Below are positions 6,502-17,812 of a DNA stretch of 64,000 nucleotides, one piece after another. Where the stretch lies: the NCBI GenBank assembly GCA_963726265.1, contig CAVSBQ010000002.1, positions 959,334 to 1,023,333 of the forward strand, in the 5' to 3' direction. Both the position numbers and the translations under genes were made by a program. Every line of letters starts with the position of its first letter. Within the stretch, counting starts at the first letter, position 1. The notes under the pieces are model-generated. The model saw only the letters and a program-made list of their open reading frames with translations. It did not search any database and was not told the origin of the DNA. The stretch is from Candidatus Aenigmatarchaeota archaeon (GTDB lineage Archaea; Aenigmatarchaeota; Aenigmatarchaeia; QMZP01; QMZT01).

Positions 6502-9500
6502 TCACTTCTTCTTGAACTTGTCCTTGTCGTATGACATCGGGAACTCGTTTAGCTTGTGATAGCCTTCCGTGTAGGCTCTTCCCGGCGGAGCAGGCGGCGC
6601 GGCCTTCTGGAACGGCAGCGCCTGCGTTGCCGCGGGCGCGGCGGACCTTGATTTGTCGAACTGCGCCAAGGTCTTCTGCTTCTTGGGCATCTTTATCTTG
6701 GAGAACACGTGCTTTATCTTGTGCGTTATCGAGACCTTTTCCTTAGGCACGTAGCCGAGCACAGGATGGTATCCTTTCTTCGAGGGCAGCAGGAGATATG
6801 CGAGGAAGCCGCCTATCACCACTATCACCACAAGTATCGCCACCAGCGTCATGGTCCCTCCCATGCCGGCCGGAAGGAAGCCGAAGCCGCCGCCCAAAAG
6901 CTGCTCAACCTGCTGCTTGAATTCCGCGAGCGAAACGTTCGCGTCCTTCAGCAGGCTGTTCGCTTCGAGGTAGTTGCCTGCCTGTATCTTGCTCTCTATG
7001 TCCTGGAACATGTTGAGCAGGCGCGCGTAGGTCCTGTTCGCCATCGTGTAGTTGCCTTCCTGGCTTACCGGCAGCTGGCTGAACTGCGCCGCTATGGAAT
7101 TGAAAAGCGTTTTCAGGTCATCCTTGGTCTTGTTTATCTCCGCCTTGGCCTGCTCCTGAGGCTCGACCGCGACGGTTATGTCCTGCGTCGCGTAGACGCT
7201 CGAGTTCTCGTTCGCATACGTCTTTAACGTTATGGTATGGTAGCCTATTTCAGCCGAAGCTGAGACGTTGAGGTTGACGGTGAATATGCCCGAATTGCCC
7301 GTGTTCAGCGAATAGCTTGCCGGTATGATTTCGCTGGACAGGCCGTCGAAGCCGGTCGCGACTTCCAGCTTCACCGTATATGAATAGCCGCCCGTGTTCT
7401 TGACTGTGATCTTCGTCGAGTTGGAGCTGCCCTGCAGGGCGTAGACCTTTGACGTGTAGTCGGTTATTTCAAGCTTGCCCGCGTTTCTGACGCAGATGTG
7501 ATTGGACGCGGTCCATCCGCTGGGGCAGGTCACGGTCGTGCACGCGCCGTTCTTGCAGTATTGCGTGCTGGCGCAGCTGGAGTTGCTCGAGCACGTGCTC
7601 TGCTGGTTGCCTCCGCCTTCATCCGGGGTATATGACGCGTTGTTCCTCACGGTTACCGTGATGCCGGTGAGGTTGCCGAAATTGGCCAGGTTTCCCACGC
7701 CAATCATCATGCCGCACGGGTCCTGGGTCGTGTCCACAGAGTTCGCCGTTACTCTCCACGTAGCGAGCAGTTCGTGTCACCAATCATGTGCGCAGGGACA
7801 TCTATGGAATCACCTGCGGTGTGCTAAGAATCCATGTCGAGCCGGTCGAGTTGCTCAGCGTTAGTTCCCATGCACGTGCTGTTCGAGCGGTAGATAGTTA
7901 CGCCCACCTCGCAGGAATACTTGCTGAAAACGACATACGTGTTCGTCGCGGCGAGATGGCCGTAGTTCTTGAGGTAGACCGTGTAATATGCGGACGTGCC
8001 TTCGTTCAGGTCGTCGCCGTAGTTCAGCACGCCTTTCGGCGTGATGGTAAGGCCGGTGTTATTGAGCTCGATTTGCGTCGTAGCTTGTCGCGCTTCCGCT
8101 TATGTTTGCGCCGGTGCCCCCGCCTCCGAGCGCGCTGGTGTTAATCCTCGCGCTGCCCGTGACATAATACGCGCCTCCGGGCCTGTTGGAAAGCAGCGTG
8201 CCGTTGAAGCTGCAGAAGCTGACGCCTGCCGGGCACACGCTGCTCCACGTCCCGCCTGTGGCGACATGCGTGAGATTCTGTCAGCGTCTGGAGCGCGATA
8301 AGGTCGAGGATCCGAATAAGGATAGGAAAGATTCCCTTCAATAAGATAAACGCCGTAGAAGTCGCCCTCGTTCATGAGCCCGTTCGCCGAGAGGACGGTC
8401 CCGTTCGCAAGCGCGACGGTCATGTTCACCGTGATGTTGGTGTTGTTCTGGTGCGTCGCGTTCGCGAGGAACAGCGGGCTCACGCTGGTTATGTTGACGG
8501 TGAGGCTGCTGGAAAGGTTGACGTAAAGGTCTATGGTAAACACGTTGAACGGATAGGACGAGTACGACGCGTTGGTCGAGTTGGTCGTGTTGAGCCTTAT
8601 CCAGCCGTGGTAAAGGCCTCCGTCGTTGAGCGTGTTGCTCGTGTTTATGGATATGTTCACCTTCAGCACAGCGTTCGAGTTGGCCGTTATGGGATTCGAG
8701 GGCCATTCAACGCTGAAGTTCATGTACTGGCCGGTATCCAGCGAAATGTTGTAGCTTGAAGTCGTGTTGACGAAGGAGACGTCGTAATAGCCGGTGTTGT
8801 TTATGGGAAGCGTCAGCTGGAGCACGTCAGCGCCGAGCCTGTTGAAGGCCGTGTTGTCGTATTTGGTCGTGCTCACGCTGCCCACGCTGTTGTTGACCAG
8901 GAGCGTCCCGGCCTTCACGGAGAACGAGAGCGGGATTCTCTTCACCCATTCGGACGTCCTGTAATAATCGATGTAACCTGCGTAGGTTCCGTTGGTGACG
9001 TTAGGCTGCGGCAGCGAGAGCCTGATGGACACGTTCCTGCTCGCGTTCGCTGCGGAGCCGGTCGCATTGAAGGCGAAGCCGTCGGCCGGGTAGTCGGTCG
9101 TGAGCCAGAACGACGAGTTGTACCACACGAATATCGTGACGTTATACTTGTCGTCGCTTATGGCCGAAAGGTTGCCGATTGTGAGCTTCCAGAGCCCGTC
9201 ATTCGATTCCGTTATCGCTCCGGTGTAAAGGATGTTCTCCTCCTGGGTCGTGGCAGTAAGGTTGCCGCTCTGGTATTTCCTGGAGATGTTGCCGATGAAG
9301 CCGTCGGAGGAATCGTTAAGTCTTATGAACCATTTTGTGGCGCCCTTCCATTCTATCTTCGCCTTTATTTTCGTGGCGAAGTGCGGGACCAGGAAGTAAT
9401 AGGTATCGGTCACGTTCTTCGAGTTCCACGTGTCGACGCGGTAAATCTCCGAGCGCTCCCTGACGCCGGACCATTCTCTCGTGTCGAGGTTGGAGATGGT

Positions 9501-10436
9501 TACGTTGGTCTCGTTCTGGCTGTTAATGGGGTCGAGCGCGCCGAAGTTTATGGACGTTATCTTCTGCGTGTTATCGCTCCTGCCGGTCACGTTGAGCGTG
9601 GTGAAATACATGTCGGCCCTGTAGGGCTGCTGGCTTGTGACGTTGCCCCAGACCCAGAGCTGCCACACGTCGCTCGCCGCGGGCAGATCCTTGTTTATCT
9701 CCTCGCGGGCGGTGCCGTTCTCGACCGAGCGCACGAGAAGCGTGCCTGCGGAATCGAAAAGGTAAAGGTCCACGTCTTCCGAGTAGGATGAAAGGTTGAG
9801 CGTCACGCCGGTCATGTTCTCCGTGACGCTGGTGTTGAAATAATATTTGTGTATTACGTTCGAATTCGCGGGCAGGCTGCCTTTCAGGAAGGCGGTCTTG
9901 TTGACCGCAACGAACGTGTTGTTCTGGTTGACTGGTATGTTCATGGCCACGCTTACATTGACATGGCCATAGTAGCCGCCGGTGGCGTTGGTCACGTTGA
10001 ACATGCCGAAATAGTAGCCGGGCGGGCAGGTCTGGAAAGCGGTGATGTTAATGACGGCGCTGCTGCCCAGGTTAAGCACAGTACTGTTGTAATAGCCGCT
10101 CGCATTCTGCACTATGAATTTCGTCCCGTTCGTGAAGCACCGCACGAAATCAAGGCCGGTATATTCGCCGGCGCTGTAATTGTTCTGGTCGAAATACTGG
10201 GATGCTATGCTCGTGCTCAGGTTGTTTACCTGGAGGTTTTCGCCGTTCAGGTTGGAGCTGATGTTGATGAAGGAGGCCGTCCAGTTCAGCGATATGTTGG
10301 CGGGCGTCACGTTGAACGTGCCCCCGATGCTTGTTATCGCCGAGCCAGGCAGAACAAAAGCGAATGCTGCAATCAATACCGCAAAAACCCCCAACAACAG
10401 ATTGCGTTTAGCCAACATGACAACCCCCCAACCCAT
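6502..10436 (-). pseudogene. very large sequon-rich surface (S-layer/adhesin-like) protein with signal peptide and C-terminal TM anchor; reading frame broken about 5 times within 7755-8295
   Basis: N-terminal signal-like MLAKRNLLLGVFAVLIAAFAFVLPGSA. I count about 50 N-x-S/T sequons in ORF 8100..10436. ORF 6502..7737 carries the C-terminal TM helix TLVAILVVIVVIGGFLAYLLL. Protein-like sequence hops between frames in between (see finding). Confidence 0.6.
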
Positions 10437-10497
10437 CTACTCCAACCCATCAACTCAAGGTTTGTAAAATTACAACCGGCCTTAATTAATATTCTAT

Positions 10498-11097
10498 ATG
10501 ATTTATAATATATTTATGCGCGCTAGCACGCTGTCCGCGTTTTTAGGGAAAAGAAAGCTTTTTTTCGCGCTCATTGCCCTGATTTTTCTGGCATCCTGCG
10601 CTTTTATCAGCACGCTTCAGGTCTCGCATGGACCGGTGAAGCTGGAGGGCGACGCCATCGCAGCCGTCACGGACAGGGATTATTTCCCGTTGGCGAGCGA
10701 AGCCATCGCCTCGGCCGAGGAAAGCATCCGCATGATTGTATATGATATGAATTATTACGTTGATTATCCCGACAGCAGCGTCAACCTGCTGATAGGGGCG
10801 CTGGGCGACGCGGCCGCGAGGGGCGTGGACGTCCGCGTCATCGTAGACGGCAACGCCACCGAAAAGCCGGTACTGTCCATACTCAAGGAGAGCGGCGTGA
10901 ACGCGAAATTCGACTCCAAGGAAACGACCACGCATGCGAAACTTATAATAATCGATTCCAAGATAGTTATAATAGGCTCGACGAACTGGAGCTACTATTC
11001 TGTCGAGAAGAACCACGAGGCGAATGTGGTGATAAACTCGCCTGCGCTGGCACGCCAGTTCGAGGCTTATTTCAACGGCATATGGATGGAAACATGA
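10498..11097 (+). CDS. phospholipase D / Nuc-like family protein (single HKD motif), membrane-anchored
   Basis: HAKLIIIDSKIVIIGSTNWS is an HxK(x)4D(x)6GSxN motif. The N-terminus has a hydrophobic helix. An alternative ATG lies at 10516. Confidence 0.7.
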   Translation: MIYNIFMRASTLSAFLGKRKLFFALIALIFLASCAFISTLQVSHGPVKLEGDAIAAVTDRDYFPLASEAIASAEESIRMIVYDMNYYVDYPDSSVNLLIGALGDAAARGVDVRVIVDGNATEKPVLSILKESGVNAKFDSKETTTHAKLIIIDSKIVIIGSTNWSYYSVEKNHEANVVINSPALARQFEAYFNGIWMET

Positions 11098-12665
11098 GCG
11101 AAAATGTCAAGGAATCCGCGTCCGAAATAGAGGAGCGAAGGGCGAAGCTCGAAGAGCTCAGGAAAACGAAAGGCGAGCGCGCCGAGCCCTACAAGAGGCG
11201 CTTCGATAAGACGCACATGCTCGCGGAGATAGCTGAAAAGGCGAAGAAGCTGAAGAACGGCGCCTCGGACAAGAAGTTCGCCGTGTCAGTCGCCGGAAGG
11301 CTCAGGTCGATACGCAAGCACGGCAGGCTCATGTTCGCGGATCTCGAAGACTCGTCGGGAAAAATACAGCTGTTCGTCGAGGAGAAGGCGCTCGGCCCCG
11401 AGAGGTTCAGGTTCTTCGACGCCATGCTCAACACGGGCGACATCGTAGGGGCGAAGGGCTTCGTCATGCGCACGCAGCGCGGCGAGCTGAGCGTCGTCGT
11501 CAATGATTTCGAGCTGCTCACAAAGTCGCTGCTCCCCCTGCCGAAGGACTGGTACGGCCTCAAGGACAAGGAGCTGCGCTATCGAAAGCGATACGTAGAC
11601 CTGATACTCAACCCCGAAGTGCGCAGGACGTTCGACAGCCGCTCGAAAATCATGCAGGCAATCCGCGATTTCATGGGTGAGCGCGGCTTCACGGAAGTCG
11701 AAACTCCCATGATCCAGCCTATTTACGGCGGCGCGGCCGCGAGGCCTTTCGAGTCGAAGCTCAACGCGCTCGACATGAAGGTCTACATGCGCATATCGAA
11801 CGAGCTTTATCTGAAGCGGCTGATAGTCGGCGGGTATGAAAAGATATTCGAGTTCTCGCGCGACTTCCGGAACGAAGGGATCGATAAGCTGCACAACCCC
11901 GAGTTCACGCAGGTCGAGACCATGTGGGCCTTCGCCGACTACAGGGACAACATGAAGTTCTGCGAGGAGATGGTGGGCCACATCGCGAAAAGCGTTCTCG
12001 GCAAGACGAACATGGTCTATCAGGGGACGGTCATAGAGCTGAAGCCGCCGTGGAAACGCATTCGTTTCCTCGACGCGGTGAAAGAACATGCGCATGTCAA
12101 TTTCGAGAAGATGGAGAAATTCGAGGAGGCGAAGAAGGCGGCCGAAAAGCTGGGCGTCGATGGAACGAAGCTCGCGAAATGCGAGACGTGGGGCGAGGTC
12201 GCGATACTCGTCTTCGAGGAACTGGTGCAGCCGAAGCTGATACAGCCCACGCTGGTTTATGATTACCCAATAGAAGCGGCAGGCCTCGCCAAGATAAAGA
12301 AGGAGGAGCCGCGGCTCGCCGAGTCGTTCGAGGCGATAATAAACGGCTGGGAGATGGGCCTTTCCTACTGCGAGGAGAACGACCCACAGCGTCTTCGAGC
12401 GTACTGGCAGGAGGCGGAGAAGGAGTTCAGGCGCGGCGACGAGGAGGCGCAGCGCTTCGACAGCGATTTCATAGAGGCGCTGGAATATGGAATGCCGCCG
12501 ACCTCGGGGCTGGGAGTCGGCATCGACCGCCTGACGATATTGCTTACGGACTCTGCATCAATCCGTGACGTCATCCTCTTCCCGTTCATGAGGCCCGAGG
12601 CGCAGGACAAGCCGCCGGAAAAACCCCACGAAAAGAAAAAAGAAGTCGAGGATGAAAGAGAATAA
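11082..12665 (+). CDS. lysS: lysyl-tRNA synthetase, class II
   Basis: 527 aa. OB-fold N-domain. Motif 2 FRNEGIDKLHNPEFTQVE. Motif 3 GLGVGIDRLTILLT. An alternative start lies at 11094. Confidence 0.85.
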   Translation: MDGNMSENVKESASEIEERRAKLEELRKTKGERAEPYKRRFDKTHMLAEIAEKAKKLKNGASDKKFAVSVAGRLRSIRKHGRLMFADLEDSSGKIQLFVEEKALGPERFRFFDAMLNTGDIVGAKGFVMRTQRGELSVVVNDFELLTKSLLPLPKDWYGLKDKELRYRKRYVDLILNPEVRRTFDSRSKIMQAIRDFMGERGFTEVETPMIQPIYGGAAARPFESKLNALDMKVYMRISNELYLKRLIVGGYEKIFEFSRDFRNEGIDKLHNPEFTQVETMWAFADYRDNMKFCEEMVGHIAKSVLGKTNMVYQGTVIELKPPWKRIRFLDAVKEHAHVNFEKMEKFEEAKKAAEKLGVDGTKLAKCETWGEVAILVFEELVQPKLIQPTLVYDYPIEAAGLAKIKKEEPRLAESFEAIINGWEMGLSYCEENDPQRLRAYWQEAEKEFRRGDEEAQRFDSDFIEALEYGMPPTSGLGVGIDRLTILLTDSASIRDVILFPFMRPEAQDKPPEKPHEKKKEVEDERE

Positions 12666-12720
12666 ACAATCCTGACTGTTTTTAAATTTTTAAAGCATCG
12701 CTGATTCATTATATTACTAT

Positions 12721-12795
12721 GGCCGCGGTGGTGTAGCCTGGTCAGCACAAGGGACTGTGGATCCCTTAGCCCGAGTTCAAATCTCGGCCGTGGCC
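12721..12795 (+). tRNA. tRNA-His(GUG) with genome-encoded G-1
   Basis: G-1 (12721) lies opposite discriminator C (12795). Acceptor GCCGCGG/CCGTGGC. Anticodon arm AGGGA-CTGTGGA-TCCCT. T-arm CCGAG-TTCAAAT-CTCGG. No intron. Confidence 0.85.
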
Positions 12796-12842
12796 CTTTT
12801 TCTTTCAGAAAAAATTCAAGTGTTTTTCAGCTGTTTGTCCGG

Positions 12843-14950
12843 CTACCCCGCGATGCTGCTGACGGCCTGCTCTATCATGCCGCCGAACATTATCGACGCG
12901 CCCAGCGCGACGAGGAAATACATGGTCACCGCGACGATGAGCATCTTGCCCGCGGAATACCACATGTAGACCTTGTTCTCGCCCTGCGAGATTTTGGTCA
13001 TGAACATGGCGAGGATTATTATGACCTCTATCAGGTATATGCCTATTATCATCTGGAACATCTCGGGCGATACGGATGCGCTCCCGCCTCCGGTGAACAG
13101 CCCGCTGCTTATGTTTATGGGCAGGCTGCTGCCCGTGCTGAGACTCTGCAGCCGCTGGCTGAGGATTGAAAGGACCTTTATGATGACCTGCGCCATCGAG
13201 ACTATGAGGCCGGTCACCATGGGCGTGAGAAGGTAGGCCTGGAACTTCATCGACGAAACCGACTCCTGCAGCAGGTCGCGGATGTATTCCTGCGTTTCGC
13301 GGATGTTTCGCAGGTATTTCGAGACGGTGAGCATCCCTCCGCCGCGTATTTCACGCCCTTCTTCGCGATATCGACTATCATGTACATTATGTTCCTTATC
13401 AGGCTGCTCGGGTAGAACCTTATCGCTCCCCATTTCTCGTTGAGCATCGCCTCCCTGAAGGTCATGCCGAGGTTGCGTATGTTGCGCAGGGTGATGGTGA
13501 ACAGGCCGGTTATGCTCATGTCCTTGACGTCCTCGACGGTCTTCTCCAGCGCAAGCTCGGTCGGCGTCCCGCCGGAAATCCTGTTGCCCAGCTGGAAAAG
13601 CGCGAGTTCGAATTCGCTCTCCGTCTTCAGCACGTCGTCCTGTATCCTCGCCCTCTGGAAGTTCGATAGTATGAAATAGCTGGCCATGCCGTAGGCGCCG
13701 CCCATTATGAAGAGCATGGACATAATCATGGACATTATGTCATGCGTTCCCCCTCCGGAGAACATGACCTCCGGGCTGTTCGAGAAGAACAGCAGCGGGG
13801 GCATGATGAACGCCAGGCCTATGACGAGCGAAATCGGCAGCACGGGCATGCTTATTTTCTTGCCGCCGAATTTCATCATGAAGCTGCCCTTGGCCGGCAG
13901 GTCGGGATGCGAGGACGTGTCGACCTCCGAGAAGGTCGTCGGCCTCTTCTTCAGCACGTTGTTGATGAACCAGATTATGAACAGGGGAAGGATGATGTCG
14001 TAGCCGACGAAGAAATACTCCGGTTTCGCGACGTCCGACAGGAACACGGCCGCCATCGGCGCCATGACGCTGCCGAGGATGGGGAGCACTATGCCCATCA
14101 TGTGTATCACGCTGACCGGCATGGTAAGGTCCTGGGCGTAATGCTTCATGCGCGTCTTCGTGCCGTTGAGGATGACGTCCAGCGCCTCGTCGAGGATTAT
14201 CTCCGCCTTGTCCGTCGTGTGCGTGCGCGAATCGCGCACGAGCCTCAGCGCCTCGGCGAATTCCTCGTTCTCCGGCTTCCACTTGGCTATGTAGTCCGTC
14301 AGGGCGTGCGAAGCCGAATAGTATTTGCCCATCTCGATGTCCCACAGCAGCTTGCGCATGTCCCAGGCCAGCGGGCCGGAGACGTTCGCGGCGGAGAAGC
14401 GCAGCGCCTGCTCGAGGTTCGGGGTGACGCGCATCGAGACGACCATGTAGAGCACGGCCAGCACGACCTGGGAGGACGCTTCGATCCTGTAGGCCTTCAT
14501 CATGTTGACGGGGTATTTCAGTAAATAGTAGCCCAGCCCGACGCCGGCCATGGACATGAACAGGATGCCCATCAGCGGGATTATGCCCGCCGCAACAAGC
14601 ACGACTGAAAGTATGCAGACGAACATGATGGTCAGGACCGTGAGGGACATCACGTCCTTCGGCGTTATCCTGATGCTCGTGAATGAGATGGAGTTTTCCA
14701 GCTCCTTCCTCGTGCCCTCGTCCGGCGGGTTCACGGAAATGACTTTGCCGGCGAGCCTCGCCAGCCTTTCGAACCACATCAGCGGCATTTCGTCTTTCTT
14801 CTTGAACAGCTTGAACTCCCTTGAAACGATGTCCGGCTGCGCCTCGCCGCGCGGGAAGTAAAGCCGCTGGCGCCTCTGCATGTCGCTGTCAGGGACGTAG
14901 GCCTCGGCTTCCTCGTCCTTCTTTTTTTTCTTGCCGAAAAGGAGCACCAT
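12843..14950 (-). CDS. FlaJ/TadC-like type IV pilus/archaellum platform membrane protein, split by an apparent 1-nt frameshift near 13335-13345
   Basis: Polytopic protein directly downstream of the secretion ATPase. ORF 13247..14950 reads sensibly to ...DIAKKGVKYAAEG. ORF 12843..13433 reads sensibly from GMLTVSKYLRNIRETQEYIRDLL.... The tails beyond the junction are Arg/Ser-rich nonsense. Confidence 0.65.
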
Positions 14951-15030
14951 GTTTATTAATTGTTCTGGACCGCTTATATTTCAGAAAGCCTTTTGCCCCA
15001 AAAGGCCTTGGCAGAAAAATCGGGCGCTTT

Positions 15031-17298
15031 TTATTCAGCGCTCTTCATGCCTTTTAATTTAAGCCTAAGCCACTTTTCCCATTCGTCGTAGACGGCTTTC
15101 GGCTCGGCGGCGCCGATCTCGTCCCTGAGCTTCTCCACGATGAGATGGTATTCCGAATTCGAAAGCGTGACCCATTCGGCCTCGATGAGGTCGGGCATCT
15201 TGAGCTTCTCGGAGAGCTTCACCAGCGTATCCTTCATCTTCGCGCGCAGCTTTATGTTTTCCCAGACCGCATCCCAGTTGCCGGACCATTCCTTGACATA
15301 CGAAGATATCCTGTTTATGACTTCCGACTCGCCGTTGACCAGCGTGTCGGTAGGCTTGAGCGTGTCCTCCTTGCCGGAGTATTCCATGAGGTTGACGAAT
15401 CCCCCTTCTTTTTGCGGGTTCGAATCCCAGTGCTTGCGCACCTCGGTTATCTCGGTCATCCTCCTGTATTTGCGCAGGCTGTCCGCCGAGCGCAGCGACT
15501 TGCATATCGCGATAATATCGGTCGCCTTGAAGCTCGTCGGCGGAACGCCAAGATCGTTGACGACCCTGTCGTAGACGCCGTAAGGCGACTCGCCGTGTAT
15601 CGTCCCGGCGACGATGTTCGACAGCGCGCCGATTCTCATCGCCTCGTAAAGAGCGGATGCCTCTTTCGAACGTATCTCTCCTATGATGAGCGCCGAATCG
15701 CCTAGGCGCAGCGCGGTCCTCAGCGCCTCCTCAGCAGGCATCTCCGACTCGACCATCGTTATCACCGAGCGCGATTTTAACGATTCCACGTTATAGCCCA
15801 GGTCCCTGAGCTGGTCTATCGGGAGTTCAAGAGTGTCCTCTATACTAACAATTCTGACCTTCGGCAGCAGCTCCAGCATCACCGAACCGAGGACGCTCGT
15901 TTTGCCCGAGCCCCTGCCGCCCGCGACGAGCAGCGAGACCGAGCCGTCGACGAGGAATGAAATGAGACCCGCTGCGAGCGGGTTGAGCATGCCTGATTTT
16001 ATGAACAGGGGAAGCGTCCAGGGCCTGTCCCTGTGCCTCCTTATCGCGAAGCCGAAGCCGTGCGGCGACAGACCCTTGGTTATCACCGCGAACCTCGCCT
16101 TCCCTCCGGGGACTGCGATGTCTGTGTCTAAAACAGGATTCGCTTCGTCAAGCGGGCGTCCCGACTGGATGCGCAGGCGCGTGGCCCATGACTCGGCGTC
16201 CTCGCGCGTCGGAATAAGGTTGGTCTGGCACTCCTGGTAATCCTGATGGTTGATGAGGATGGGCTGGGTCTCTATCGGGGAATTTATGTAAATGTCCTGT
16301 ATCTTCTCGTCCGCGAGCAGCACTTCAAGAACGCCCAGGCCGGCGGTGTATCTCGTCAGGATGTTCGCCATCTGGTCTATGTCCTTCGATGTCAGGTAAA
16401 TGCTCATCTTGTCCGCGACCTCGCGCAGCATGTCCTTGCCGATGTTGTAGAAGATTTCGCGGACCTTCTCCGAGCGCACGAACTCCGCTGTCTTCGGCCT
16501 GTGCGTGGCCATGTATCGCCTCGCCGCGTCCATGACCGCGTATTTCTCCTCGGACAGGTTGAATTCGGGCGGGGTGACGTGGTAGACGTAATGCGCCGAA
16601 TGGGGCAGCTTGTAAATCTCGACCTGTATGTCCCCGACCTTATATCTGTCCACCGATTTCCCGCCTTCGGGAGGCGTAATCATGTAGCGCGTGAGCATGA
16701 AGTTCGGCCTGACGCTCGGCGTGAAGACCTGCCTGTAAATCTCGCGCGAGCCGACGTGGTAGCCTGACAGATGGGGTTTCGCCAGCTGGATTATCTTGGT
16801 CGCCTCGAGCTTTCTCCTGAGGAAGTCGATCACTTCCTCCTTGTAATGCCTGTAGCAGCGGTGGCACGGGTCCTTCCTGGCCATCTTCACGAGAAGCTCC
16901 CGCCCCTCGCGTATCAGCTCGACATACGCCCCGACGGGATCGCGGCGCAGCAGGTTTATCGCGATATACTGCACCCTCTGGGAGAAGTCGGGGTAGCACC
17001 TGCCGCACGTGTCGGACTTGAGGGTTGAGTAGGAGATTATCTTTTCCCTCACGACGTCCTCTATTATCTTCGCTATCTCGAGCAGCATCTTGACCTGCTC
17101 GCCCGAATACTCGTATTCCCTCTCTTTCGCGAGCACGATGGAGTCGACGTTTTTGTTAGAAAGGAGCTTGTCGATGACGAGCGCCATGCAACTGTCGTAG
17201 TCTTCGACAGACGCCCCATACACGCAGCCCAGGCAGTCTATCTTCAGCCTTCTCGATTCCTCGTCATACGTGTAGTCACAAACAGCGATAACAGACAC
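15031..17298 (-). CDS. type II/IV secretion-family ATPase (FlaI/PilB/VirB11-like) with a long Cys-containing N-terminal extension
   Basis: 755 aa. Walker A VAGGRGSGKTSV. Walker B-like IVSIEDTLEL. Followed by ...GEIRSKEA...GHGESP. The N-terminus carries CDYTYDEE...CLGC...C. Confidence 0.85.
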   Translation of the reverse strand: MSVIAVCDYTYDEESRRLKIDCLGCVYGASVEDYDSCMALVIDKLLSNKNVDSIVLAKEREYEYSGEQVKMLLEIAKIIEDVVREKIISYSTLKSDTCGRCYPDFSQRVQYIAINLLRRDPVGAYVELIREGRELLVKMARKDPCHRCYRHYKEEVIDFLRRKLEATKIIQLAKPHLSGYHVGSREIYRQVFTPSVRPNFMLTRYMITPPEGGKSVDRYKVGDIQVEIYKLPHSAHYVYHVTPPEFNLSEEKYAVMDAARRYMATHRPKTAEFVRSEKVREIFYNIGKDMLREVADKMSIYLTSKDIDQMANILTRYTAGLGVLEVLLADEKIQDIYINSPIETQPILINHQDYQECQTNLIPTREDAESWATRLRIQSGRPLDEANPVLDTDIAVPGGKARFAVITKGLSPHGFGFAIRRHRDRPWTLPLFIKSGMLNPLAAGLISFLVDGSVSLLVAGGRGSGKTSVLGSVMLELLPKVRIVSIEDTLELPIDQLRDLGYNVESLKSRSVITMVESEMPAEEALRTALRLGDSALIIGEIRSKEASALYEAMRIGALSNIVAGTIHGESPYGVYDRVVNDLGVPPTSFKATDIIAICKSLRSADSLRKYRRMTEITEVRKHWDSNPQKEGGFVNLMEYSGKEDTLKPTDTLVNGESEVINRISSYVKEWSGNWDAVWENIKLRAKMKDTLVKLSEKLKMPDLIEAEWVTLSNSEYHLIVEKLRDEIGAAEPKAVYDEWEKWLRLKLKGMKSAE

Positions 17299-17389
17299 CC
17301 ATGCGTTCTAACCCTATAATATAATATTCCCAATTAAATTAATTAAAGGCTCTTGACAGAATTTACAGAAGGATATACCTGGCGTTTCA

Positions 17390-17692
17390 CTATTCGACTG
17401 CCCAGATTGGCGGTATGCTTCCGATTCCAGGCGGCCCGAGAATTGCGAATGGCTTGTCCGGTTCGTCCGGTTTGCCCACGTCCTTTCCTGATATTTGTAT
17501 TTTTGTTTGTTCGAAGGATGGGTTTGTATGCCATTCAAAGTGAAATGCCGTGTTGTCTCCGACCCGGCCGAGTGTTAAAGCAGATGCTAAGAAACTCTCT
17601 TTGTAATCAGATGCCAAATCAGATGGCACATGAAAGTATTTTCCGTCAATCCTTCTCATGATGACGACGCCATCGGGGTCCAGGTATTTCAT
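17390..17692 (-). CDS. hypothetical protein
   Basis: 100 aa ORF in a lower-GC spacer. An overlapping opposite-strand ORF (17353..17661) looks less protein-like. Confidence 0.3.
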   Translation of the reverse strand: MKYLDPDGVVIMRRIDGKYFHVPSDLASDYKESFLASALTLGRVGDNTAFHFEWHTNPSFEQTKIQISGKDVGKPDEPDKPFAILGPPGIGSIPPIWAVE

Positions 17693-17812
17693 AAAAATAT
17701 ATTCTCTCCAGCGGATTTTATAAAGGCATCTGCCGCAAAATCGTCAATTGCCATAAAGGGCAAGATACCCAATCGAAACATTCTTTAAAAATTCCGGATT
17801 CAAGAACTTTTA

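Noticed and set aside
7740-8340. A diversity-generating retroelement as the explanation for the scrambled segment of the surface-protein gene.
   Set aside because: I found no reverse transcriptase gene and no template-repeat copy of this segment in the window. The defects are frame shifts, not adenine-specific substitutions.
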